From positions 9,603-73,602 of the forward strand of contig CALGLR010000055.1 of assembly GCA_937959395.1 (NCBI GenBank): a stretch of DNA of 64,000 nt. The letters are read 5' to 3'. A program made the translations under genes and the position numbers. Under the pieces are notes generated by a model. It saw only the letters and a list, made by a program, of their open reading frames with translations, was not told where the DNA came from and did not search any database. Shown one piece after another: positions 17,001 to 27,061 of the stretch. How positions within the stretch are numbered: the stretch's first letter is position 1; each line of letters opens with the position of its first letter. The DNA comes from an uncultured Flavobacteriaceae bacterium. Its GTDB lineage: Bacteria; Bacteroidota; Bacteroidia; Flavobacteriales; Flavobacteriaceae.

Positions 17001-18557
17001 ATGGTAAAAGAAATTCAGTTAAGGGTTACACTTAAAGAGGAAGAGCGTTCAGATATTTTATTGCTAAAATCGGCAATTTATTTAGATATCAACCGCTCTG
17101 ATATTACAGGAATAAAAATACTTCGCAAATCTATAGATGCTCGAAAGGCAAAAATTATATTAAATTACAAAGTAGCCGTTTATATAAAAGAACTTTTACC
17201 AGAAACTTCAGAATACAATTTTACTTATAGAGATGTTTCTAAATCTAAACCCATTCACATTATTGGCTTTGGTCCTGCTGGAATGTATGCAGCTCTTCGC
17301 TGTATAGAACTAGGTTACAAACCTATCGTTTTAGAGCGCGGTAAAAATGTACAAGACCGACGTAGAGATATAAAAGCCATAAACCAAGATCATGTTGTAA
17401 ATAATGATTCTAATTATTGTTTTGGAGAAGGTGGAGCTGGAACGTATAGCGACGGAAAATTATATACCAGAAGTTTAAAACGTGGTGATGTGCGTCGTAT
17501 TTTTGAAAACCTTGTTTTTCATGGTGCTACCGATCAAATTCTTATTGATGCACACCCACATATAGGAACCAACAAACTTCCAAAAATCATTCAGAATATT
17601 AGAGAAACCATATTAAAATATGGCGGAGAAGTTCATTTTGAAACCCGCGTTGTCGATTTTAGTATCAAAAATAAAAAGATAGAGGCTATTCATCTTCAAA
17701 ACGGAGACGAGCTTGTTACAGATCGTGTTATTCTAGCTACAGGACATTCGGCTAGAGATATTTTTTATTTATTAGATAAAAAGAAAATTGCCATAAAAGC
17801 AAAATCTTTTGCAATGGGAGTTCGTGTAGAACATCCGCAACATATTATAGACAGTATTCAATATCATTGCAAGGATGATCGTCACGAATTACTACCTGCA
17901 GCTGCTTACAGCTTAGTACAACAAGTAAAAGAACGAGGTGTCTATTCGTTTTGCATGTGTCCCGGAGGCTTTATTGTTCCTGCAGCGACTCAAAATGGAG
18001 AGGTCGTTGTTAATGGTATGTCGCCTTCAAGACGAAATAATAAATTTGCTAATTCTGGAATTGTTGTTGAAATAAATACTGAAACCGATTTAGGGAAATA
18101 CGAACACTATGGAGAATTAAAAGCCTTAGAATATCAAAAAAATCTCGAACGTATAGCCTTTACTGCTGGCGGAAGAAACCAAACTGCTCCAGCACAACGT
18201 TTAACCGATTTTGTTGAAGGCAAACTCTCTAATTCACTAAATGAAACCTCTTACCAACCAGGTCTTAATAGCTCGCCTTTACATTCGCTCTTACCAAAAC
18301 ATATAGGTGGCAGACTTCGTAAAGGGTTTGAAGCTTTTGGCAGAAAAATGAAAGGGTATTATACTGAAGAAGCTAATATTATTGGTGTAGAATCTCGAAC
18401 CTCATCTCCTGTTAATATTCCAAGAAACGAAACTTTAGAACACCCAGAAGTTGATAATTTATTTCCTTGCGGGGAAGGTGGTGGCTATGCTGGCGGTATT
18501 ATATCTGCAGCTATGGATGGTGAACGTTGTGCCGAAGCGGCTATAGGTAGCTATTAG
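17001..18557 (+). CDS. NAD(P)/FAD-dependent oxidoreductase (COG2509-like)
   Basis: Rossmann motif IIGFGPAGMYAA, C-terminal CGEGGGYAGGIISAAMDG typical of this FAD protein family. Confidence 0.75.
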   Translation: MVKEIQLRVTLKEEERSDILLLKSAIYLDINRSDITGIKILRKSIDARKAKIILNYKVAVYIKELLPETSEYNFTYRDVSKSKPIHIIGFGPAGMYAALRCIELGYKPIVLERGKNVQDRRRDIKAINQDHVVNNDSNYCFGEGGAGTYSDGKLYTRSLKRGDVRRIFENLVFHGATDQILIDAHPHIGTNKLPKIIQNIRETILKYGGEVHFETRVVDFSIKNKKIEAIHLQNGDELVTDRVILATGHSARDIFYLLDKKKIAIKAKSFAMGVRVEHPQHIIDSIQYHCKDDRHELLPAAAYSLVQQVKERGVYSFCMCPGGFIVPAATQNGEVVVNGMSPSRRNNKFANSGIVVEINTETDLGKYEHYGELKALEYQKNLERIAFTAGGRNQTAPAQRLTDFVEGKLSNSLNETSYQPGLNSSPLHSLLPKHIGGRLRKGFEAFGRKMKGYYTEEANIIGVESRTSSPVNIPRNETLEHPEVDNLFPCGEGGGYAGGIISAAMDGERCAEAAIGSY

Positions 18558-18664
18558 CTTTTGGCTTTTGGCTGATTAAAATTGTTCTATTTTGATGAAT
18601 TAAACAACCTGTTATAGAGATTAGTAGTTAATTACTTATAATTGAATTGAAATATCTTGAAAAT

Positions 18665-18728
18665 GTCTGGAGCGCAGTCAAAACCTACTTTTAACAAACG
18701 AATAGTTCTCGACTGCGCTCGAACAGAC
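18665..18728. repeat. palindromic GAGCGCAGTC-box element
   Basis: GTCTGGAGCGCAGTC...GACTGCGCTCGAACAGAC terminal inverted repeats. Sister copy at 35308-35378. Confidence 0.65.
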
Positions 18729-19017
18729 ACGATTTTATTATTTCGAACTCACCTTAGTAGGTCATTTTGCACTCAATAAAAATATTTTGCAACTAGCTAT
18801 CTCTAGTTGAGCCTATTTGAAAACACGAGTTCGGCATAAGAAAATTACGTCAATTCGTCCCGAAGCTTCGGGATCGACTTTAGGAAAAGCGTATCGAGTC
18901 CCGATAGCTATCGGGAGTAATTTTCTTATCAAGAATCTAATAATCCAACTTGTTGACTAAAAAAATACGGCTTCAATATTTATTTCCTATTTTTGAAACC
19001 TTAAAAAGATCAAACAA

Positions 19018-19911
19018 ATGAATGCATATATATTTCCTGGTCAAGGTGCTCAATTTACAGGAATGGGACTTGATTTATACGAACGTTCTCCTGAAGCACA
19101 GCACTTATTTGAAGATGCAAATGATATCTTAGATTTCCATATCACCGATATTATGTTTGAAGGCACTCCTGAAGCACTAAAAGAAACTAAAGTAACACAG
19201 CCTGCAATTTTTTTACACTCTGTGATACTTGCTAAAATGTTAGGAGATAGTTTTAAACCAGATATGGTTGCTGGGCATTCGCTTGGAGAATTTTCTGCTT
19301 TAGTAGCCAACGGCACTTTAACTTTCGAAGATGGTTTAAAACTCGTTTCTAAACGTGCATTAGCCATGCAAAAAGCTTGTGAATTACAACCTAGCACAAT
19401 GGCTGCCGTTTTAGGATTAGAAGATCATATTGTAGAAAAAATATGTAAAACAACTCCAGGAATCGTTGTTGCTGCTAATTATAATTGCCCTGGGCAACTT
19501 GTAATTTCTGGAGAAATAAATGCTATAAATGCAGCTTGCGATAGTTTAAAAGATGCTGGAGCAAGACGTGCCTTAGTATTACCAGTTGGAGGTGCTTTTC
19601 ATTCGCCTTTAATGGAACCTGCTCGCGAAGAGTTAGCAACTGCTATAGAAAACACAACATTTAACAAACCAAATTGTCCAATATATCAAAATTTTACCGC
19701 TAGTGCGATTATTAATGAAGCTGAAATTAAATCCAATTTAATATCACAATTAACAGCTCCAGTTAGATGGACACAATCTGTAGAAAAAATGATTGCAGAT
19801 GGTGCTACATTATTTACTGAAGTTGGCCCTGGTAAAGTACTACAAGGTTTGGTTAGAAAAATTAATAGAGACGCACAAACTGCTTCTGCGACATTACAAC
19901 AAGAAGCTTAA
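19018..19911 (+). CDS. fabD: malonyl CoA-ACP transacylase
   Basis: FPGQGAQ, active-site GHSLGE, and GGAFHS motifs. Confidence 0.92.
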   Translation: MNAYIFPGQGAQFTGMGLDLYERSPEAQHLFEDANDILDFHITDIMFEGTPEALKETKVTQPAIFLHSVILAKMLGDSFKPDMVAGHSLGEFSALVANGTLTFEDGLKLVSKRALAMQKACELQPSTMAAVLGLEDHIVEKICKTTPGIVVAANYNCPGQLVISGEINAINAACDSLKDAGARRALVLPVGGAFHSPLMEPAREELATAIENTTFNKPNCPIYQNFTASAIINEAEIKSNLISQLTAPVRWTQSVEKMIADGATLFTEVGPGKVLQGLVRKINRDAQTASATLQQEA

Positions 19912-19974
19912 TTTTTTAATACAAGAATCTTACTATAAAACAGATTCTTATATTTTATTATAATTTAATTACAG

Positions 19975-20484
19975 GTGAAAAATAAACGTACCGTATTTAT
20001 TATTCTATTCATTATATTTAATATTGCTATAGATCAAATATCTAAAGTTATTGTTGAAAATAATGTCGATCGAGGAAGCGAAGCTCCTATTATAGGTGAT
20101 TATTTTACTTTACATTATGTGAAAAACGCAGGTGCTTTTTTAGGAATGGGAAGTGACTTTAACCCTATTCTTAAAACCATTTTATTACTAATATTACCAA
20201 TTGCAGTATTAGTATTTGTACTTGTTCATTTATTTAGAGACAAAACTATGGATCGTAATTCTGTAATAGGTTTTTGCTGTGTTGTTGGTGGTGGCATTGC
20301 CAATATCTATGATCGTTTACTCTATGGAGAAGTCACTGACTTTTTACACATCGATTTAGGAGGTCCTTTCCGAACCGGAATTTTTAATATTGCAGATGTT
20401 TCTGTAATGGTAGGTATGGGGTTTTTATTACTTTCTAATTTTAAAAGTAAAAAAGCAGTGAAGGTTGAAGAAGAATCTTTTTAA
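19975..20484 (+). CDS. lspA: lipoprotein signal peptidase II
   Basis: GTG start, 4 TM helices, conserved NxGAAF-like (KNAGAFLG) and FNIADVS motifs. Confidence 0.85.
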   Translation: MKNKRTVFIILFIIFNIAIDQISKVIVENNVDRGSEAPIIGDYFTLHYVKNAGAFLGMGSDFNPILKTILLLILPIAVLVFVLVHLFRDKTMDRNSVIGFCCVVGGGIANIYDRLLYGEVTDFLHIDLGGPFRTGIFNIADVSVMVGMGFLLLSNFKSKKAVKVEEESF

Positions 20485-20571
20485 ATTCTATGTAAAAATG
20501 GCATTAGCACGAATAAGTATTTTATACCTCACAGGTTTTAAAAACCTGCGAACGTGAGTTCAACTTAAGAA

Positions 20572-20732
20572 AATCACGTCAGTTCGAGTGCTTCGACTTT
20601 AGGAGAAGTGTATCGAGAACATAGATTTCCTTACCAAAAACCTATTCTCGATACTATTTTTTTCCACTTTATTCCAAAAAATCACTCGAACTGACAGTTT
20701 TTGATCACCGACACCTTTATATCGAACTGAAG
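20572..20732. repeat. MITE-like ~160-bp element (inverted copy of 11733-11892)
   Basis: AATCACGTCAGTTCGAGTGCTTCGACTTTAGGAGAAGTGTATCGAGAAC...CACTCGAACTGACAG with internal terminal inverted repeats. Confidence 0.6.
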
Positions 20733-20742
20733 TTGTAAGGTA

Positions 20743-22020
20743 TTAGTTTTTATAAATCTCCCCTTCTTTCATAACAAATACGACATTCTCCATAGTATTA
20801 ATGTTTTCAGTAGGATCTTCATCTGTCGCCACAATATCTGCAATAAAACCTTCTTTAAGTTGCCCTAATTTGCCTTCCATATCTAATAATTTAGCATTAG
20901 TTATCGTTGCCGATTGGATTGAAAACATTTCAGACCAACCTGTTTCTACCATATACCCAAACTCTTTAGCATTTTCACCATGAGGAAATACACCAGCATC
21001 TGTACCAAATGCTATATTTACTTTTTCCTTATAAACCATAGCAAATGTTTCTCTTAACGCCGCATCTATCTTTTGTATTTTCGGAATTATAATTTCTGGA
21101 TAATACCCAGGAATTTTAGCTTGCTTAGCAACATATCTACCAGCAGATAAAGTGGGTACTAAATACGTATTGTATTTTTTCATTAAGAGTGCCGTTTCTT
21201 TATCCATTAAAGAACCATGTTCTATTGTTTGTACCCCCGCTTTAATAGCACGCTGCATACCTTCTTTTCCATGAGCATGAGCGGCAACAGACATCCCGTA
21301 CTCATTAGCCGTTTTTACAATTTCGTTCACTTCGTCTTGAGTAAATTGAGGATTATGTCCATTTTTACTAACACTCAATACGCCACCAGTAGCTGTTATT
21401 TTTATAACATCGGCACCATTTTTATAACGTTGTCTTACTGCTTTTCTAGCATCTGCAGGACTATTAATAACACCTTCAGCAGGCCCAGGATCTCCCATTA
21501 ATATTTTCTTTCTACCATTGGTAGGATCGGCATGACCTCCAGTTGTTCCTATTGCTTTTTCAGCAGTAAAAATACGCGGACCAGGTACTTTCCCTTTAGC
21601 AATCGCTTTTTTAATAGCTACGTTCACACCACTTCCTCCTAAATCTCTTACTGTAGTAAATCCTGCTAATAAAGTTCTTTTAGCAATTTCGGCAGCAGTA
21701 AAAGCAACATCAGCTTCATTTTGTGTAAACTCTTCTAAGTATCGTGTAGGACTCGTTTCGCCTTCAATATGCACATGCATATCTATTAATCCAGGCATTA
21801 CAGTCTTAGATTTTAAATCAATAACAACATCTGTGCTATTTTCGGCAGTTAGGAACCCATTTTTAATGGATTCAATCTTGGTTCCGTTAACAATTATCGT
21901 TTTATTAATAAGCACTTTTCCTTTTTCAGTATCTATAATCTTTCCACATTGTAAATAGGTTTTTTGAGCATTTACTATTAATGTAAAAATAAAAAATAGA
22001 CTAAAAATAACTTGTTTCAT
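20743..22020 (-). CDS. secreted amidohydrolase family metallo-hydrolase
   Basis: Signal peptide, GLIDMHVHIE metal-binding motif, and HAHG / TDAG motifs. Confidence 0.8.
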   Translation of the reverse strand: MKQVIFSLFFIFTLIVNAQKTYLQCGKIIDTEKGKVLINKTIIVNGTKIESIKNGFLTAENSTDVVIDLKSKTVMPGLIDMHVHIEGETSPTRYLEEFTQNEADVAFTAAEIAKRTLLAGFTTVRDLGGSGVNVAIKKAIAKGKVPGPRIFTAEKAIGTTGGHADPTNGRKKILMGDPGPAEGVINSPADARKAVRQRYKNGADVIKITATGGVLSVSKNGHNPQFTQDEVNEIVKTANEYGMSVAAHAHGKEGMQRAIKAGVQTIEHGSLMDKETALLMKKYNTYLVPTLSAGRYVAKQAKIPGYYPEIIIPKIQKIDAALRETFAMVYKEKVNIAFGTDAGVFPHGENAKEFGYMVETGWSEMFSIQSATITNAKLLDMEGKLGQLKEGFIADIVATDEDPTENINTMENVVFVMKEGEIYKN

Positions 22021-22035
22021 AACTGTGAGGGATTT

Positions 22036-23049
22036 TTAAAGTTGTTGCTGCCATTTCCATGCAGAAAGCATCGCATCATCCAGAGAAGACTCAGCTTTCC
22101 ACCCCAATTCATTATTAGCTTTGTGAGTATCTGCATAAGCAGAGACCACATCACCTTCTCGTCTTGAGGTTATTTTGTAATTTAATTTTTTATTAGAAAC
22201 GCGTTCAAACGACTGTATCACTTCTAATACAGAGCTCCCTTTACCAGTTCCTATGTTAAACACCTCATTATTACTTTTATTTTTATTTTGTAAAAGACGT
22301 TGAAGTGCCACCACATGAGCTTTTGCTAAATCTACAACATGAATATAATCACGAATACACGTTCCATCTTTTGTTTGATAATCGTCTCCAAATACCGATA
22401 ATTGTTCGCGCATGCCTACACCTGTTTGCGTAATAAATGGCACTAAATTTTGAGGCACTCCTATAGGTAACTCACCTATTTTAGCTGTTTTATGAGCTCC
22501 TATAGGGTTAAAATAGCGCAAAGAAATGGCTTTCATTTTAGGGTTTACTTTACAAGCATCTGTAATAATATCTTCACCTATTTTTTTTGTGTTTCCATAA
22601 GGAGATTCTGCTTGTTTTACTGGAGCATCTTCAGAAATCGGCATTTTTTCGGCTTGACCATAAACGGTACAAGACGAACTAAATATAAAATTAGAATTTT
22701 TTAATTTCTGTACTTCTTGAAGTACATAAACCAAAGTATTTATATTATTCTCATAATAAAGCAATGGTTTTTCGACACTTTCTCCTACAGCTTTACTTGC
22801 TGCGAAATGAATAACTCCTTTAATATCTTGATGTTTTAAGAAAAAAGCTTCAACAGTTTGCTTATTCTTTAAATCTAGTTTTTCGAATTCTAGTTTCTTT
22901 CCTGTTATTGCTGTAATACCATCAAGAACATTAATTGATGAATTAGATAAATCATCAATAATAATAACATTATAGCCCTTATTTTGTAATTCGACAACCG
23001 TGTGAGAACCTATAAACCCTAACCCACCTGTTACTAATATTTTATCCAT
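22036..23049 (-). CDS. galE: UDP-glucose 4-epimerase
   Basis: VTGGLGFIGSH Rossmann motif, YGNTK catalytic motif, ~337 aa. Confidence 0.85.
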   Translation of the reverse strand: MDKILVTGGLGFIGSHTVVELQNKGYNVIIIDDLSNSSINVLDGITAITGKKLEFEKLDLKNKQTVEAFFLKHQDIKGVIHFAASKAVGESVEKPLLYYENNINTLVYVLQEVQKLKNSNFIFSSSCTVYGQAEKMPISEDAPVKQAESPYGNTKKIGEDIITDACKVNPKMKAISLRYFNPIGAHKTAKIGELPIGVPQNLVPFITQTGVGMREQLSVFGDDYQTKDGTCIRDYIHVVDLAKAHVVALQRLLQNKNKSNNEVFNIGTGKGSSVLEVIQSFERVSNKKLNYKITSRREGDVVSAYADTHKANNELGWKAESSLDDAMLSAWKWQQQL

Positions 23050-24181
23050 TTACAAATTCTAAAATCTTATTAGTTATATATTCTATTTGTTCGTTATCTA
23101 ATTCGGTGTGCATTGGTAAAGAGATTACTTCTTTAATAAGCTGATTGGTTACTTTAAAATTAGACTCTTCGTAACTAGAATTAGCATATGCCTTTTGCTT
23201 ATGTAAAGGAATTGGATAATAGACTCCGCAAGGAATACCGTTATCATTTAAATGTTTAACTAACCCATCTCGATCTACATCCTTAACTTTTAAAGTATAT
23301 TGATGGAAAACATGGCAATTACAGCTATCACAAATGCCTTCACATCCATTTACCGTTTTTGGTGTTTCTATTTTATCGTGATTGGCAAATGCTTTATTGT
23401 ATTTTCTAGCTGCATCACGTCGTGCATTATTATAAGTATCTAAATGCGGTAGTTTGGCATCTAAAACCGCTGCTTGAATAGAATCTAACCTTGAGTTTAC
23501 TCCAACAACATCATGGTGATAACGTTTATACATTCCATGATTTACAATACCTCTAAGTATATGCGCTAAATCGTCATCGTTAGTAAAAATAGCACCTCCA
23601 TCTCCATAACAACCTAAATTTTTTGAAGGAAAAAACGAAGTAGAAGCCACATGCCCTATTGTTCCTGATTTTTGTTTTTCACCATTACTATAAGTATAAT
23701 CTGCACCAATACCTTGAGCGTTATCCTCTATTACATATAAATCATGTTCTTTAGCTATAGCCATTAACGCTTCCATATTTGCACATTGCCCAAATAAATG
23801 TACAGGAATAATTGCTTTAGTTTTAGGAGTTATCGCTTTCTTAACGGCTTCAATATCTATATTAAAATTATCAGGATCAACATCAACCAAAACTGGAGTT
23901 AAATTTAAAAGTGCAATGACCTCAACCGTTGCAGCGAAAGTAAAATCGGCAGTGATAACCTCATCTCCTGATTTTAAACCTAATCCCATCATTGCGATTT
24001 GTAATGCATCTGTACCATTAGCACATGGGATAACATGTTTTACACCTAAATAACGCTCTAAGTTTTTTTGGAATTCATGAACTTTTGGACCGTTTATATA
24101 AGTTGAAGTATTTAAAACGTCTTGAATAGAGCTATCTACTACATTTTTTATCCCTTTATATTGACCTTTAAGATCAACCAT
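23042..24181 (-). CDS. DegT/DnrJ/EryC1/StrS family aminotransferase
   Basis: Start moved to ATG 24181 (MVDLKGQYKGIK, the canonical N-terminus). PLP-lysine region FFPSKNLGCYGDGG. Confidence 0.85.
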   Translation of the reverse strand: MVDLKGQYKGIKNVVDSSIQDVLNTSTYINGPKVHEFQKNLERYLGVKHVIPCANGTDALQIAMMGLGLKSGDEVITADFTFAATVEVIALLNLTPVLVDVDPDNFNIDIEAVKKAITPKTKAIIPVHLFGQCANMEALMAIAKEHDLYVIEDNAQGIGADYTYSNGEKQKSGTIGHVASTSFFPSKNLGCYGDGGAIFTNDDDLAHILRGIVNHGMYKRYHHDVVGVNSRLDSIQAAVLDAKLPHLDTYNNARRDAARKYNKAFANHDKIETPKTVNGCEGICDSCNCHVFHQYTLKVKDVDRDGLVKHLNDNGIPCGVYYPIPLHKQKAYANSSYEESNFKVTNQLIKEVISLPMHTELDNEQIEYITNKILEFVNG

Positions 24182-24300
24182 TTGAATTTTATTCACGTAC
24201 TTGAATTTAATATTATTTACACAATGCGTTGGCAACGAAATTACAAAATTCGCAAATGGTAAACAATGAATTGTTTATTTTAGCACAAATGTATTTTTAA

Positions 24301-25533
24301 TTGAATTTTCTATATTGTTCTATAATTCAAATCGCTCATTTTTTTTTAAAATGTAGCGCGCCTTTTAACAACAAAATTAAACTTGGCGTAAAGGGCCGTT
24401 CCAAAACTTTTTCAATATTAAAAAAGGCGATTCTACCTAGTGACAAAATGTTATGGTTCCATTGTGCTTCTTTGGGTGAATACGAACAAGGCCTTCCTGT
24501 TTTTAAGGAATTACGCAAAGATTACCCCAAACATAAAATTATATTAAGCTTTTTCTCTCCTTCAGGTTATGAAATAAAAAAAAATAATTCAATAGCAGAT
24601 GTCGTTGTTTACCTTCCTTTAGATTTAAAAAAGAATGCAAAACAGTTTTTAGATCTTGTACAACCTGAATTAACTATTTTTGTGAAATATGAAATATGGC
24701 CAATTTTTTTAAGTGAATTAAAAAAAAGAAAGCACAGAACTGTATTAATTTCGGCATTATTTAGGAGCAATCACTCATTTTTTAAGCCTTATGGCAAAAT
24801 TATAAGACAAGCTTTGTTTTCATTTGATCATATTTTTACCCAAAATAACGAATCTAAAGAATTACTAGAAAAAATAGGTTACAAGTCGGTTTCTGTCTCT
24901 GGAGACACGCGTTTTGATCGCGTGATACAACAATTAGAACAAGATAACACCCTTGAATTTATTAAATTGTTTAAACAAGATAAACTATGTATTGTAGCTG
25001 GTAGCACTTGGCATGAAGACGAACAGTTTCTTGTAAATTATATTAATGAAACGACATTAGATACTAAATTTATAATTGCTCCTCATAATATTAAACAAAA
25101 CCAAATTAATCAACTAAAGAAAAGTATCAATAAAAAAACAATTTTGTTTTCTGAAAAGACAGATAAAGAGTTTTCAAACCATCAAGTCTTTATAATTGAC
25201 ACTATTGGAATACTCTCCAAGATATACAACTATGCAGACATTGCCTATATTGGTGGAGCTATTGGAAAAACTGGACTTCATAACACTTTAGAGGCTGCAA
25301 TATTTGAAATCCCAATAGTAATTGGTAATAATTATTCTAATTTCCCTGAGGCTTCTGATATGATTAAAAACAGTGGCATGTATTCTATTTCTAATCAAAC
25401 AGAGCTAAATAATAGTTTTAACTCTCTTATTAAAGACCCTGAAAAGCGTAAGTATTCAGGTCAACAAAATCTTAAATATATTATAAAATATAAAGGTGCA
25501 GTAGTCCAAATCATGAATTATCTGCGTAAATAA
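24301..25533 (+). CDS. waaA: 3-deoxy-D-manno-octulosonic acid (Kdo) transferase
   Basis: WFHCASLGEYEQG motif and ~410 aa GT30 layout. TTG start. Confidence 0.8.
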   Translation: MNFLYCSIIQIAHFFLKCSAPFNNKIKLGVKGRSKTFSILKKAILPSDKMLWFHCASLGEYEQGLPVFKELRKDYPKHKIILSFFSPSGYEIKKNNSIADVVVYLPLDLKKNAKQFLDLVQPELTIFVKYEIWPIFLSELKKRKHRTVLISALFRSNHSFFKPYGKIIRQALFSFDHIFTQNNESKELLEKIGYKSVSVSGDTRFDRVIQQLEQDNTLEFIKLFKQDKLCIVAGSTWHEDEQFLVNYINETTLDTKFIIAPHNIKQNQINQLKKSINKKTILFSEKTDKEFSNHQVFIIDTIGILSKIYNYADIAYIGGAIGKTGLHNTLEAAIFEIPIVIGNNYSNFPEASDMIKNSGMYSISNQTELNNSFNSLIKDPEKRKYSGQQNLKYIIKYKGAVVQIMNYLRK

Positions 25534-25640
25534 TAATATGATTTAACATTTAACCAAAACTGTTAAAATTGTTAAAAAAATATAATATATTGCAATTATG
25601 CAAGCATAACGTTTGCATGTAAACATGAAAATCAAAACAA

Positions 25641-26201
25641 ATGAAAAAATTACTTTTAAGCCTAAGTTTAATATTTGCTATGGGTGTATCTATTACTTCT
25701 TGTAGAGAAGTTAAAGAAAATGTAGATAGTGCAGGAGACGCAATAGAAAGCGCAGCAGATGCTACTAAAGATGCAGCCGGAAACGCTGTTGATGCGGCTG
25801 GTAATGCAGTAAACAACGCTAAAGATGCGGCAGGAAATGCTGTTGATGCAGCTGGTAACGTTATTGAAGGTGCTAAAGATGCCGCTGGTAACGCTGTTGA
25901 TGCGGCTGGTAATGTTATTGAAGGCGCTAAAGATGCAGCTGGAAATGCTGTTGATGCGGCTGGTAACGCAGTAAACAATGCTAAAGATGCAGCTGGAAAT
26001 GCTGTTGATGCGGCTGGTAACGCAGTAAAAAATGCTAAAGACGCGGCGGGAAACGCTGTTGATGCGGCTGGTAATGCAGTAAACAATGTTAAAGATGCGG
26101 CAGGAAATGCTGTTGATGGAGCAAAAAAGACAGCTACTGATGCAACTAAAGATGCTGCGAATAAAGTAGGAAACAAAGTAGATCAAATTAAGAAGAACTA
26201 A
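25641..26201 (+). CDS. repetitive Ala/Gly/Asn-rich lipoprotein (LEA/YtxH-like helical repeats)
   Basis: Lipobox SITSC followed by six or more 18-aa repeats KDAAGNAVDAAGNAVNNA. Confidence 0.6.
   Translation: MKKLLLSLSLIFAMGVSITSCREVKENVDSAGDAIESAADATKDAAGNAVDAAGNAVNNAKDAAGNAVDAAGNVIEGAKDAAGNAVDAAGNVIEGAKDAAGNAVDAAGNAVNNAKDAAGNAVDAAGNAVKNAKDAAGNAVDAAGNAVNNVKDAAGNAVDGAKKTATDATKDAANKVGNKVDQIKKN
25767..26120 (+). repeat. 54-nt in-frame tandem repeat (6 full units plus a partial one)
   Basis: Unit starts (AAAGATGC) at 25767, 25821, 25875, 25929, 25983, 26037 and 26091. Confidence 0.9.
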
Positions 26202-26222
26202 TTTTTCACTTCCTTATAAAAC

Positions 26223-26256
26223 AAAAAACCAGAACTTAACGTTCTGGTTTTTTTTG
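26223..26256. terminator. bidirectional intrinsic terminator
   Basis: A-run, AACCAGAAC-TTAAC-GTTCTGGTT stem, then T-run, between convergent genes. Confidence 0.8.
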
Positions 26257-26290
26257 TTTTGTACTATTTTAATAAGATAGTAATAAGCTA

Positions 26291-27037
26291 CTATTTCTTA
26301 TTAGCATCATTAATATACTTCTTTAAAGCCATCGTCATTGAAGGTGTTTCAGGTGTTGGAGCAGATATATCTACTCTTAGTCCTTTAGCCTCTACAGCTT
26401 TAATTGTTGTATTTCCAAAAACAGCAATTCTTGTATCATTTTGCTTAAAATCTGGAAAATTATGAAATAATGATTCTATTCCTGACGGACTAAAGAACAC
26501 TAATATATCATAATATACATTTGCCAAATCTGACAAATCACTTATAACCGTTTTATAAAAAACGGCTTCTTTCCAGTTAATTCCTAACTCATTAAGAATT
26601 TTAGGGACTTCAGGTTTTAATTTATCTGTTGTAGGTAATAAGAATGTTTCATCCTTATACTTTTTAATTAATGGAGATAACTCTGCAAATGTACGTTTAC
26701 CAACATAAATCTTACGTTTTCTATAAACGACATACTTTTGAAGATAATAAGCAACTGCTTCAGATTGGCAAAAATACTTCATTGAATCTGGCACTTTAAA
26801 ACGCATTTCTTCAGCAACTCTAAAGAAATGATCTACAGCATTCCTACTTGTAAGAATTATAGCAGTAAAAGACGTTAAATCTACTTTTTGTTGTCTTATT
26901 TCTTTTGAAGGAACGCCTTCTACGTGTATGAATGGACGAAAATCAATTTTTACTTTTTGCTTCTCTTGAAGGTCAAAATAAGGCGAATTTTCAATTTTAG
27001 GTTCTGGTTGGGATACTAAAATAGTCTTCACTTTCAT
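26291..27037 (-). CDS. uroporphyrinogen-III synthase-like (HemD family) protein
   Basis: ~250 aa, ILVSQPEP...FTSRNAVDHFF pattern. Sits next to a DUF4271-like membrane gene, as in other Flavobacteriia (from memory). Confidence 0.6.
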   Translation of the reverse strand: MKVKTILVSQPEPKIENSPYFDLQEKQKVKIDFRPFIHVEGVPSKEIRQQKVDLTSFTAIILTSRNAVDHFFRVAEEMRFKVPDSMKYFCQSEAVAYYLQKYVVYRKRKIYVGKRTFAELSPLIKKYKDETFLLPTTDKLKPEVPKILNELGINWKEAVFYKTVISDLSDLANVYYDILVFFSPSGIESLFHNFPDFKQNDTRIAVFGNTTIKAVEAKGLRVDISAPTPETPSMTMALKKYINDANKK

Positions 27038-27061
27038 ATATGGCTGTATTTTAAACCCTTA

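Noticed and set aside
19050-19397. Antisense or embedded ORFs inside well-supported genes. This one lies inside fabD. Others are 986-1168, 2716-2907, 4513-4731, 7204-7440, 10726-10935, 13021-13263, 20801-20983, 21217-21501, 22492-22704, 24336-24518, 28714-28908, 28971-29180, 29999-30193, 34920-35126, 36837-37082, 39960-40187, 41310-41543, 43072-43332, 47639-47887, 48038-48265, 51289-51477, 51951-52256, 55390-55668, 56003-56242, 57425-57802, 59573-59989, 59946-60140, 59959-60150, 61379-61579 and 61536-61835
   Set aside because: Each is fully contained in, or largely overlaps, a longer ORF with clear family motifs. None shows recognisable motifs of its own.
25550-26186. Two long minus-strand ORFs (208 aa and 172 aa) overlapping the repeat lipoprotein gene
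   Set aside because: They are by-products of the GC-rich, stop-poor 54-nt repeat. Only the plus-strand frame has a start with a lipoprotein signal peptide and is followed by a terminator. The minus-strand products are low-complexity with no plausible start context.
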